From NCBI GenBank assembly GCA_038045765.1, contig JBBSXN010000002.1, positions 84,450 to 131,835 on the forward strand: a stretch of DNA of 47,386 nucleotides. The letters run 5' to 3'. Under the pieces are notes generated by a model. It made no database searches and was not told the origin of the DNA. It saw only the letters and a program-made list of their open reading frames with translations. The translations under genes and the position numbers were made by a program. The DNA comes from Nanobdellota archaeon (GTDB lineage Archaea; Nanobdellota; Nanobdellia; Pacearchaeales; GW2011-AR1). The first letter of the stretch is position 1; every line of letters starts with the position of its first letter. This document shows, one piece after another, positions 28,656-36,835 of this stretch.

Positions 28656-29651
28656 ATGTATGATAAAAGAGGATTTGAGTTTAGTTTTGCTTGGCTTTTT
28701 TCTATAATTATTGGAGGAGTAATAATTTTCCTTGCAATATACTTTTCTACTAATCTCATTAAAAATGAGATTATTGTTCAAAATACACTTAACTCAAAAG
28801 AATTGGAGATACTTCTTCAGCCTCTTGAAACACAAAGTTTTGAGACAAGCATTAAGCCTAAAGTTATACAATTTCCTGATGAAACTAGGCTAGAAATAGA
28901 TTGTTCTTATCAGAAGCCATTTGGATATTCTAAAGTTAAGACTTCAACAAGACAGAAGATAGGTGAAGAATGGCAGGAAGGAGGAGTTGGAAGTACATTG
29001 AATAATAAGTATATATTTGGCGAAAAGGTATTAGAAAGTAAGGATTTTGAAATATTTACTCAACAATTAACTATGCCCTTTAAGATTGGAGATCTAACTT
29101 TTATTTGGAGTGGTGAATATTGTTTTGTTAATGCTCCAAGTTATGTAGATGAAGACTTTAATTCTCTAGGAATAAATGAATCTATACAAATTGTTGAAAG
29201 TGTAGATCAGTGTAAAGCTAAAAGTAAGAAAGTGTGTTTTGGGGCTGGAACTCTTGTTTCTTCATGTGATATAAGTGTTGATACCAATCTGGAAAGAGTG
29301 AAAAAACAAGGAAGATTTGTATATTATAAGGGGCCTTTAATTTATGGAGCAATATTCTCTGATGTTGATAATTATGATTGCAACATTAAAAGAATTATGA
29401 TTAAAGCAGGTAGCCTTGCTGGTGTTTATTATGATAAGAGTTCATTGATAGCTAGTAGATCTGATAATAGCTGTAGTATTGAATTACAACCTTTGCTTAA
29501 AACATATGCTGATAGGGCTAATATAAATTCAAGTAAAAATATGCAAGAAGTTTATATCGACTTTAATGAATTATATAATTTGGCTGGAGAGCTTGATGAT
29601 TCCCAAGGAAAATTAATATGTAGTCTCTGGAAAGAGGAGTTTAGAAAATGA
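28656..29651 (+). CDS. Pilin-like surface protein (class III signal peptide)
   Basis: MYDKRG-FEFSFAWLFSIIIGGVIIFLA; multiple Cys. Confidence 0.65.
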   Translation: MYDKRGFEFSFAWLFSIIIGGVIIFLAIYFSTNLIKNEIIVQNTLNSKELEILLQPLETQSFETSIKPKVIQFPDETRLEIDCSYQKPFGYSKVKTSTRQKIGEEWQEGGVGSTLNNKYIFGEKVLESKDFEIFTQQLTMPFKIGDLTFIWSGEYCFVNAPSYVDEDFNSLGINESIQIVESVDQCKAKSKKVCFGAGTLVSSCDISVDTNLERVKKQGRFVYYKGPLIYGAIFSDVDNYDCNIKRIMIKAGSLAGVYYDKSSLIASRSDNSCSIELQPLLKTYADRANINSSKNMQEVYIDFNELYNLAGELDDSQGKLICSLWKEEFRK

Positions 29652-30157
29652 GAAAGATAGAGAATAAAACTGGGCAGTTAAAGATACAGGAGATGGCTTT
29701 TGTGCTTATTGCATTTATGGTTTTTTTCTCGCTTGTTGCTTTACTTTTCTTAAAATTTAGAATATCTGGAATACAAGCTTCTGCAGAAGGCAGCAAGGAA
29801 GAAGTTGCGAGTAGACTTGCATTGGTTCTAGCATCTACTCCCGAACTTTCTTGGAGTGAGTGTACTGGATGTATAGACTTAGACAAAGCTATTGTGTTAA
29901 AAAATAGGACTGAATATAAGCAATTATGGAAACTGGACTATTTTGCTATTAAAAGGATTTATCCTGTAAAAACGGTTGGTGAGTGTAGTTTGGGAAAATA
30001 TCCTGAATGTGATACTCTCACTTTGATAAATGGAAATGATTTTGGTATAAGCTCAAAAGCTTTTGTCTCTTTATGCAGGTATGATTTTATTGAAGATAGG
30101 AAAGTTTGTGAGCTTGGAGAATTATACGTTTCGGGAGGTAGCTTGAAGAATGGTTAA
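29648..30157 (+). CDS. Type IV pilin-like protein (class III signal peptide)
   Basis: NKTG-QLKIQEMAFVLIA hydrophobic helix; six Cys. Confidence 0.7.
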   Translation: MRKIENKTGQLKIQEMAFVLIAFMVFFSLVALLFLKFRISGIQASAEGSKEEVASRLALVLASTPELSWSECTGCIDLDKAIVLKNRTEYKQLWKLDYFAIKRIYPVKTVGECSLGKYPECDTLTLINGNDFGISSKAFVSLCRYDFIEDRKVCELGELYVSGGSLKNG

Positions 30158-30668
30158 TAAGAAAGGTCAGGAAGAAATTGTGGGATTTGCATTGGTAATT
30201 ATAATTGTGGCTGTTGTTGGATTATTGCTTCTTGGGCTGGCTATTAGATCTGGAGATAAAGGTGCGAAGTCAGATAATTATGAAATAAGGCAGTTTCTAG
30301 ATAGTTCTATGCATGTTAGTAGCGATTGTTCTTTAAGAAGTAATATAGATTATGCTTCTGTAAGCGATTTAGTTAGGGAATGTTATAGAAATCAAGCTAG
30401 AGAGTGCTTATCTTCTGGAGAGAAGGTTTGTTTAGCACTTAATCGGAGCTTACAAGGCATTATTAATTCAGGATTGAAGATTGGACCTGAAAGGCCGAAT
30501 AAGGGTTTTATGATGAATATTAGCTTTGAGCAGAAAACAGGAGAAAGCTCAAGCTTCCTTGAATTAAAAGATGGAAAGTGCGATAAAGACTATACTGCTG
30601 GAGAGTATCTTATACCTGAAGATAGAAGTAAGGGATTAATCGTGGTGAGATTGACTTTATGCAAATAG
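30150..30668 (+). CDS. Type IV pilin-like protein (class III signal peptide)
   Basis: MVNKKG-QEEIVGFALVIIIVAVVGLLLL; six Cys. Confidence 0.72.
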   Translation: MVNKKGQEEIVGFALVIIIVAVVGLLLLGLAIRSGDKGAKSDNYEIRQFLDSSMHVSSDCSLRSNIDYASVSDLVRECYRNQARECLSSGEKVCLALNRSLQGIINSGLKIGPERPNKGFMMNISFEQKTGESSSFLELKDGKCDKDYTAGEYLIPEDRSKGLIVVRLTLCK

Positions 30669-31028
30669 CTATACTTGAATAGAAATAAGGATTGTATCTA
30701 CAACAAGTGTGGGTTTTAGCCGCTCTCTTTTACCTGTTTTTTCAGAAGTCATGTCTATAAAGCCAAATCTCTCTAAAAGCTTAATGTCTGTTGATACTGC
30801 CTTGAAATCTCGCTTTAATATCTTGGCTAAATGATATATGGAATTAGGCTTTTTTTCTTTTATTACATGTAACATCTTAGCCTTCTCATTACTTAGTAAT
30901 CTCCTGAGTGAAGTAAGGCCTTCAAAATCATAGTCTTCTTCATTGCTCGTCCACTTCTTGAAGAAAGTGTTAAAAGTTCCTGATTTATCGACGATAAAAA
31001 TTTCTCGTGTTTTAGTTTTTTGCGCCAT
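30669..31028 (-). CDS. Winged-HTH transcriptional regulator
   Basis: LRRLLSNEKAKMLHVIKEKKPNSIYHLAKILKRDFKAVSTDIKLLERFGFI. Start set at MAQKTK. Confidence 0.85.
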   Translation of the reverse strand: MAQKTKTREIFIVDKSGTFNTFFKKWTSNEEDYDFEGLTSLRRLLSNEKAKMLHVIKEKKPNSIYHLAKILKRDFKAVSTDIKLLERFGFIDMTSEKTGKRERLKPTLVVDTILISIQV

Positions 31029-31078
31029 AGTATATATAGGTCTATTAATTACATATATATAGATAATAAGGTTATATA

Positions 31079-31105
31079 AATATATGTTTTCTTTAAACAT
31101 ATATT
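31079..31105. promoter_or_regulatory. Candidate operator: perfect 11-bp inverted repeat
   Basis: aatatatgttt-(5 nt)-aaacatatatt in the divergent HTH / S-layer intergenic region. Confidence 0.45.
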
Positions 31106-31235
31106 AGTGTGTGATAAGGTGATCAGATTCTTGCTGACGAAAATCAGTGTATTCACTATGATTTACACCACAAGCTTTATAAAGGAACTTCATAGGTTAA
31201 CTGCCACTACCTCGATAGTGCGAAATTTCAGGGCA

Positions 31236-31250
31236 TAAGTTTTTAAAGGG
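31236..31250 (+). promoter_or_regulatory. Candidate TATA box for the S-layer gene
   Basis: aagtttttaaagg lies about 25 nt upstream of a hairpin starting at 31270. A second candidate (ctttataaa) lies near 31176. Confidence 0.45.
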
Positions 31251-31269
31251 TTTTTCCTTTTGTAATATT

Positions 31270-31400
31270 ACTCTAATAAGCTTAGAGTCACGCATAATGT
31301 GCCCTAAACATATTATGTAAATGGCGGGCTTCGGCCTCCCGAAAGGGGATCCTGAGGGATTGCCAATGACTAAAAAGCTGAAAGGGGGTTTAGAAAAAAG
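31270..31400 (+). ncRNA. Structured 5' leader of the S-layer mRNA containing a four-way junction (31322-31365)
   Basis: 5' hairpin actctaa/ttagagt, then tggcg[ggc-ttcg-gcc][tccc-gaaa-gggg][atcc-tgag-ggat]tgcca, then a G-rich SD-like run before the ATG. Confidence 0.6.
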
Positions 31401-34097
31401 ATGAAATTTAATTTTAAGAAGATTGCATCTGTTCTTGCAGGAACTGTATTAATGAGTTCGACACTAGCTTTTGCTGCTGCAGCAAACTATCCAGCACCAT
31501 TCGTAAAGACTGGTAATGCTGATGTATACGTAGTATACGGTAGTGCGCCTGGAGCTGAATTTGACCTAGTGGCTGTAGCTGATATTACAACAAACTTGCA
31601 AGCAGGCTTGGCCAAACAGACAGCAACTTCTGGAACAAGTGGAGCGAGTACAAGCGCAACCGGAGAAAACTATCCTTTATTCACAAGTTCCTCTGAACTG
31701 TTTTTAAACAGTACATTGGACAGCGTAGTAAAAACATTGACTCCTACTGAATTACCAACAATCTTAGCAGACGACACCTTCGACGGTGACACAACTGCAA
31801 CATATGAGCAAAGAATCACTCTTGGAAGCAACCCAATACTTAGTTTTGCGAAGCAACCAACTGATGATGATGACCCTCAATATGGATTGACACTTGGTAC
31901 TACTGTTGGAACTCAATATGTTTACAACGCTACAGTTGTATTTGATACAGCTGTTAACTTTACTCATGCTGACTCAAAAGGTCAGGAATTGAGTATCTTT
32001 GGACAGAAATTCACAATCGGTTCTGCAACTACAAACACAAAACTTATTTTGTTCAAATCATCTGAAAAGATATACTTAGACTCTGAAAGCAATCCTTCCC
32101 AAACTGTTACAGTTGCGGGTATGGAATATACTGTATCTCTTGTAGCTGCTACTGATACCAGTGCAACTGTCAAGGTTACAGATGCTTCAGGAAAGAGTGA
32201 ACAGAAAGAAGTAAACGAAGCAGCATCAAAGAAAGTAAATGGAGTTGAAGTTGGTGTTAATAGCGCTGATGAATCAACAGCATTGAACAAATTGACTGCT
32301 GAAGTAGTTGTTGGAGCAGATAGAGTAACTTTACAGGATGGAAATGCTGTAAAGATAGGTTCTGACGAAGACACAGTTGATGGAACAAATGTTGAGTTTA
32401 GAGACTCATCGAATTCTAGAACAACCTATATGGGTAATGTAACTAGAATGTTATTCCAAGCTACTGCTGTTGATAGCTCTCATGATGCCATGGTTCCTGG
32501 AGATTCATTCACTGACCCAGTATTCGGATCTTTCAAAGTTGACTTTAGCGGTATTAGTATCGCTGCAGACTCAACTTCAAGAGAAGATATTGTAGTGAAG
32601 AACTCTGGAAACGACAAAATGAGTGTTAAGTTTAAGGACTATTCTGGTGCTGAAAAGACCGTTACATACGTTTATAACAAAACAGATTCTGACGGAAGTG
32701 GAATGCAATTAGCTGACTCTGATGGAGACAATATTATTGTTGAAGAAAACGCTTTGGTTAACAAATCCTACTATGTTGTTCTTGCAAACAAGGACAGAGG
32801 AGGATTGTATGAAGTAACTGGTTTAACTAACAGTTCTTCTACAACTGCTAGCGATGACGAATTGACAGTAAGAAATGTATTCACAGATGCTTCAACTACT
32901 GCAAAAGCTACTTCAGAAGGTTCTGGTACAATCACTGTTGAAGGATTATCATTTAGTTATACATACACTGGTGCTCAAACACTATCTGATGTAGCTAGAC
33001 AGGTAAAATTCAACTATCCTGAAAGTACTGGAAACGACAAAATATACTTCCCTACTATTAAAACAAGTAAGGGAGCATTATTAGCGTTCTATCAACCAAC
33101 TAACATCAACTTGACTTCACAGTCATTAGATGCAGCAAATATACAATTACCTAACGGTAATGGTTATACTGCTGTTGCTGTTGCTAACGCTGGAGGTCTA
33201 CATAACTATACTTTTGGAGGAACTACTGCTGTTAATACAACAGGTGCAAGTGGAGCATCATCAAGTGGTGCTATTACTGTTGGACAATTAACATACAACG
33301 TTAGTTCAAGAGCTATTGTTAATACGACTACTCTTAACTTGCTTTCTCCTGAGGGAGGAAACATTGTAAGACCTGCTGTTGTTATATTTGAAGAAAAGGA
33401 TGACAATAATGCATATCATGCATTAATAGTTACCTTGGACGCAGGATATGACGGAGACAGTGCTGGAATTGGAGTAAACGATGTTGTAAGAACTTACTCA
33501 AAAGATACAAACGGTGGTAATGGTGGAAACGAAGTGCAACTAGAAAGCAACTCTGACTTATATAAGGACGCTGACTTATGGGGATCTATATCTACTCTTG
33601 ATAAAGCAGATAGTGATCAAACCCAGGCAACAGTTAGTTATCCTGATAATCAAGTTCAGGGATATGTTTATGTAGCTGCAAACGATGCTGCTATTACAAC
33701 TGAATCTGGATCTACTGGTTCTGGAAGTGTTAAGGAACTCGGTTCTGTACTTGTAAAAGATTCTGAAGTTGCATCATTACCTTCTAAGAACTTAGTTGTT
33801 GTTGGAGGTTCATGTATCAACGCTGAATCTGCTAGATTGCTAGGTGTCTCTCCTGCTACATGCGGAGCTGACTTCACTGCAAAAGCTGGTGTGGGAGCTG
33901 GTCAATTTTTGATCCAGACTTTCGCTAAAGGCACTGATAAAGTCGCAACATTAGTTGCTGGCTATAACGCTGCTGATACCCAGAATGCTGCAAAGGTCTT
34001 GACAACCAAAGCTGATCTTGACACAAGTGCTGGCAAAAAGTACGTAAGTACTAGTGCTACCGCTGTTGAACTTAAGACTACTGCTACAACTGTTTAA
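31401..34097 (+). CDS. Major S-layer glycoprotein
   Basis: Signal peptide MKFNFKKIASVLAG...AAAANYPAPFV, VYVVYG and C-terminal NLVVVGGSCIN motifs (Methanococcales/DPANN S-layer type); Thr/Ser/Asp-rich; about 12 N-X-S/T sequons; C-ending codon bias. Confidence 0.88.
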   Translation: MKFNFKKIASVLAGTVLMSSTLAFAAAANYPAPFVKTGNADVYVVYGSAPGAEFDLVAVADITTNLQAGLAKQTATSGTSGASTSATGENYPLFTSSSELFLNSTLDSVVKTLTPTELPTILADDTFDGDTTATYEQRITLGSNPILSFAKQPTDDDDPQYGLTLGTTVGTQYVYNATVVFDTAVNFTHADSKGQELSIFGQKFTIGSATTNTKLILFKSSEKIYLDSESNPSQTVTVAGMEYTVSLVAATDTSATVKVTDASGKSEQKEVNEAASKKVNGVEVGVNSADESTALNKLTAEVVVGADRVTLQDGNAVKIGSDEDTVDGTNVEFRDSSNSRTTYMGNVTRMLFQATAVDSSHDAMVPGDSFTDPVFGSFKVDFSGISIAADSTSREDIVVKNSGNDKMSVKFKDYSGAEKTVTYVYNKTDSDGSGMQLADSDGDNIIVEENALVNKSYYVVLANKDRGGLYEVTGLTNSSSTTASDDELTVRNVFTDASTTAKATSEGSGTITVEGLSFSYTYTGAQTLSDVARQVKFNYPESTGNDKIYFPTIKTSKGALLAFYQPTNINLTSQSLDAANIQLPNGNGYTAVAVANAGGLHNYTFGGTTAVNTTGASGASSSGAITVGQLTYNVSSRAIVNTTTLNLLSPEGGNIVRPAVVIFEEKDDNNAYHALIVTLDAGYDGDSAGIGVNDVVRTYSKDTNGGNGGNEVQLESNSDLYKDADLWGSISTLDKADSDQTQATVSYPDNQVQGYVYVAANDAAITTESGSTGSGSVKELGSVLVKDSEVASLPSKNLVVVGGSCINAESARLLGVSPATCGADFTAKAGVGAGQFLIQTFAKGTDKVATLVAGYNAADTQNAAKVLTTKADLDTSAGKKYVSTSATAVELKTTATTV

Positions 34098-34115
34098 GAA
34101 CAATTGAAGAAAAGT

Positions 34116-34170
34116 AATTTATTTTTTTTATTTTTTTCTTCTTTTATTTTTTCTCCCCTTAAGGGAGAAA
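34116..34170 (+). terminator. T-tract terminator plus hairpin downstream of the S-layer gene
   Basis: About 35 nt of T runs followed by tttctccc-cttaa-gggagaaa. Confidence 0.65.
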
Positions 34171-34251
34171 GTTTCGGCATCGCTTTTTGATTGAAATTTT
34201 TATATTTCTGTTTTTGGTAACTTTTTTAAATACCTAATTTGTTAGAATAGT

Positions 34252-34821
34252 ATGAGGCAAATAGGAAAAGTTGAAGATCCCGATAAAAGTAAAAAGAGAA
34301 ATGTTATGTATATGGCTCTCTTTATGCTTTTGACTCTTGTTTTAAGTACTGTTGGTTTTGCTTTCTATTATAATGATACTTCTAATACTAATACTGCTCC
34401 CTTAGTAGAAGGAGAATCTGCTCCTTTGACTGTACAACAACAAGGAAATAGATGGGCTGTACCTTTTAGAGGACAGTATCTTTATTTTGCATATCCTCCT
34501 AACGTTACTTCTAATGTTGAGATTGATATTCAGAAAGAGGTAGGTGATTATTATGGTGCTAATTTATATGTCGATTATAAGAAAGAATACATTTATTCGG
34601 AGATAAAAGATACTTTAGGAAGATATGTTCTGGAAACTTCTAAGGCTTGTTATGGCTCATGTCTTGAAAATATACCTGAAAAGAATTGTGGTGAAAATAT
34701 GATTGTTTTCAATGAGAGTAAAGTAGAAAGAATTTACCAAAAAGATAAATGTATATTTATAGACGGTGATTTAAGAACGGTTGATGTTGCTTTGTATAAG
34801 ATTTTAGGCATAACTGCTTAG
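34252..34821 (+). CDS. Membrane-anchored hypothetical surface protein
   Basis: Basic N-terminus, one TM helix, four-Cys ectodomain. Confidence 0.75.
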   Translation: MRQIGKVEDPDKSKKRNVMYMALFMLLTLVLSTVGFAFYYNDTSNTNTAPLVEGESAPLTVQQQGNRWAVPFRGQYLYFAYPPNVTSNVEIDIQKEVGDYYGANLYVDYKKEYIYSEIKDTLGRYVLETSKACYGSCLENIPEKNCGENMIVFNESKVERIYQKDKCIFIDGDLRTVDVALYKILGITA

Positions 34822-34855
34822 AAAGATTTTAAAAGCTTCTTTAAGATAATATTGC

Positions 34856-35554
34856 ATGGCTGTTAGAAAAATAAGGAAGAAAAATGAAGAGAAAAGTTTA
34901 TTTGGTGAAAATGTAAATGGCTTAAATCAAAAAGGCAAGAAGATTCAGATTAGCTGGATGTGGTGGGCTTTAATGGTATTAGTGGTTGGTTTTTTTATAT
35001 TCTATTTTATTTTTTCAAAGATAGGTACTTTTGAATATGAGGGATTGGCTTTTGACAAACAGGGTTATGGGAAAGAACTTACATTATATCATCATTCTTA
35101 TTTTTATACTTATAATAAACAAACTTACAAAAATAATGTTTATTTAAGATTTGATCCTAGAGATAATGAGATTCCTGTTGATAGTGAAATTCTTTTCACT
35201 AAAGGAAGGACTGTTTATTTAGGTATAAATAACACGGGTATAATCAATTGTAGTGATAGCTCGATAGCTATTGGAACTATTAGTCAGTTTTTTGCAAATA
35301 ATCAGTTTGATTTGAAGCTAGGTACTCCTGATATTAATGAATCTAAAGAGAGAAAACAAGTACATGTTAATTGTGATAAAGCTGATGATGATACTGTCAT
35401 TATTATTCAATCTTCATACATGACTAAGATATCTACTCAAGGAAGTAGTTGTTATATTATTAATGTAAATCAATGTGAAATACAACCTGCTGTTGAGAAG
35501 TTTATAGTTAATTCACTTATAGATACTAAGGAATATAGAGATAGTTTGACATAA
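34856..35554 (+). CDS. Membrane-anchored hypothetical surface protein (possible paralog of the previous gene)
   Basis: Basic N-terminus, one TM helix, four-Cys ectodomain with a similar C-terminal layout. Confidence 0.75.
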   Translation: MAVRKIRKKNEEKSLFGENVNGLNQKGKKIQISWMWWALMVLVVGFFIFYFIFSKIGTFEYEGLAFDKQGYGKELTLYHHSYFYTYNKQTYKNNVYLRFDPRDNEIPVDSEILFTKGRTVYLGINNTGIINCSDSSIAIGTISQFFANNQFDLKLGTPDINESKERKQVHVNCDKADDDTVIIIQSSYMTKISTQGSSCYIINVNQCEIQPAVEKFIVNSLIDTKEYRDSLT

Positions 35555-35562
35555 AACATAAA

Positions 35563-36204
35563 TTATTTAAATTTATTTTTATAGAACATATAGATTATAA
35601 TAGACAATATGATAAATACTCCTAGAGCTAAAGTAATTATGTGTAGATTCTGCTTTATTAGAAGACAATTCTCACCTAAAAACATTCCAAGGTATATGAG
35701 AATTAAAGACCATATTCCTGCCCCTAATGATGTATAGATTGTAAATTTGGCCAAATTCATTCTTGAGAAGCCTGCGGGAATAGAGATTATCTGTCTAATT
35801 CCAGGTATAAGTCTGCCTAAAAATGTGGTTATTTCTCCGTGTTTATCAAAATATTCTTCTGATTTTATAAGAGTATTATTACTCAATAAAAATATTTTAC
35901 CATATCTCAGAATTAAGGCATTTACCATTCTTCTTCCTAGATGTAATGCTAAAAAATAGTTGAAAAAAGCCCCTAATAGGCTTCCCAATATGGCTAAAAT
36001 TAATACTAGTGTAAAACTCATCTCTCCTTGAGAAATTAACAAACCTGCTGGAATTAATACTATTTCGCTTGGAAATGGTATAAATGAACTCTCAATAGTC
36101 ATTAGTAATAATATTCCTAAATATCCTAAAGAACCAATAGTTTCTATTAAGTATGTTGCAAAAGTTCCTAATATTCCTTGATCTATAAAACAAGTTTCTA
36201 GCAT
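35563..36204 (-). CDS. dedA: DedA family membrane protein
   Basis: LMTIESSFIPFPSEIVLIPAG, FLGRLIPGIRQIISIPAG. Confidence 0.93.
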   Translation of the reverse strand: MLETCFIDQGILGTFATYLIETIGSLGYLGILLLMTIESSFIPFPSEIVLIPAGLLISQGEMSFTLVLILAILGSLLGAFFNYFLALHLGRRMVNALILRYGKIFLLSNNTLIKSEEYFDKHGEITTFLGRLIPGIRQIISIPAGFSRMNLAKFTIYTSLGAGIWSLILIYLGMFLGENCLLIKQNLHIITLALGVFIILSIIIYMFYKNKFK

Positions 36205-36225
36205 ATAGATTTATATTTATCAGGT

Positions 36226-36780
36226 TTATAATCTTTTAGAATGATTTTTACCTTTAACTTGTGAAAATAGATATTTAACGTCGGTAAAAATAGGTATATT
36301 TTTTATTTTAAAAAGTTTAATATTTATAAACCAAATTATAACTAAAAATAATGTGCTTCCAAAATACCAGGACAATTCATGCGTAAAGTTAAAATAACTT
36401 AAATTTTCTTTGTATAAATATGACAAATAAGTTATTCTTAAAGAATTTATTATTAGGAAAGATAATATTATAAAAAATAAACTCTTGATCCTCTTCTTTA
36501 ATTGCATCTCTGTTGAGAGATTTAAAATTATAAGTAACAAATAAGCAGAACCTGCTATGCATGCAGATATTAAAGTTATTTCTAAAGTATCTATGAATAT
36601 TGAATTGTTTTGTATGTAATTAGAATTGTAAATTAGACCTATTAGGAAATTTGAAAGGTGTAATGTTAAGGGTGTAAATATAGCATATATTAATTCTAAG
36701 TTTAAAGCAATTATCAACAATATTATATATCTTAAGCCTAAACTTAAAGCGAATTTATTTAATTTTAAATATTTACTCAT
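36226..36780 (-). CDS. Archaeosortase/exosortase-family transpeptidase (pacearchaeosortase-like)
   Basis: Multi-TM protein with the catalytic triad pattern LISAC(I)AG, INSLRI, FTH. Confidence 0.8.
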   Translation of the reverse strand: MSKYLKLNKFALSLGLRYIILLIIALNLELIYAIFTPLTLHLSNFLIGLIYNSNYIQNNSIFIDTLEITLISACIAGSAYLLLIILNLSTEMQLKKRIKSLFFIILSFLIINSLRITYLSYLYKENLSYFNFTHELSWYFGSTLFLVIIWFINIKLFKIKNIPIFTDVKYLFSQVKGKNHSKRL

Positions 36781-36835
36781 AAAAAAGGATAGTAAATAGA
36801 GTTTAAATTAGTAGTGATAATGTAAAAACAAAAAA

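Noticed and set aside
31029-31100. N-terminal extension of the HTH ORF (MFKENIYLYNLIIYIY...)
   Set aside because: Low-complexity AT-rich promoter DNA; MAQKTK at 31028 is the more plausible start.
31322-31365. Cloverleaf considered as a tRNA or tRNA fragment
   Set aside because: Only 44 nt, all loops are tetraloops, no TTC T-loop or 7-nt anticodon loop.
31764-33877. Several minus-strand ORFs inside the S-layer gene
   Set aside because: Antisense shadows caused by the strong codon bias of a highly expressed gene; no motifs.
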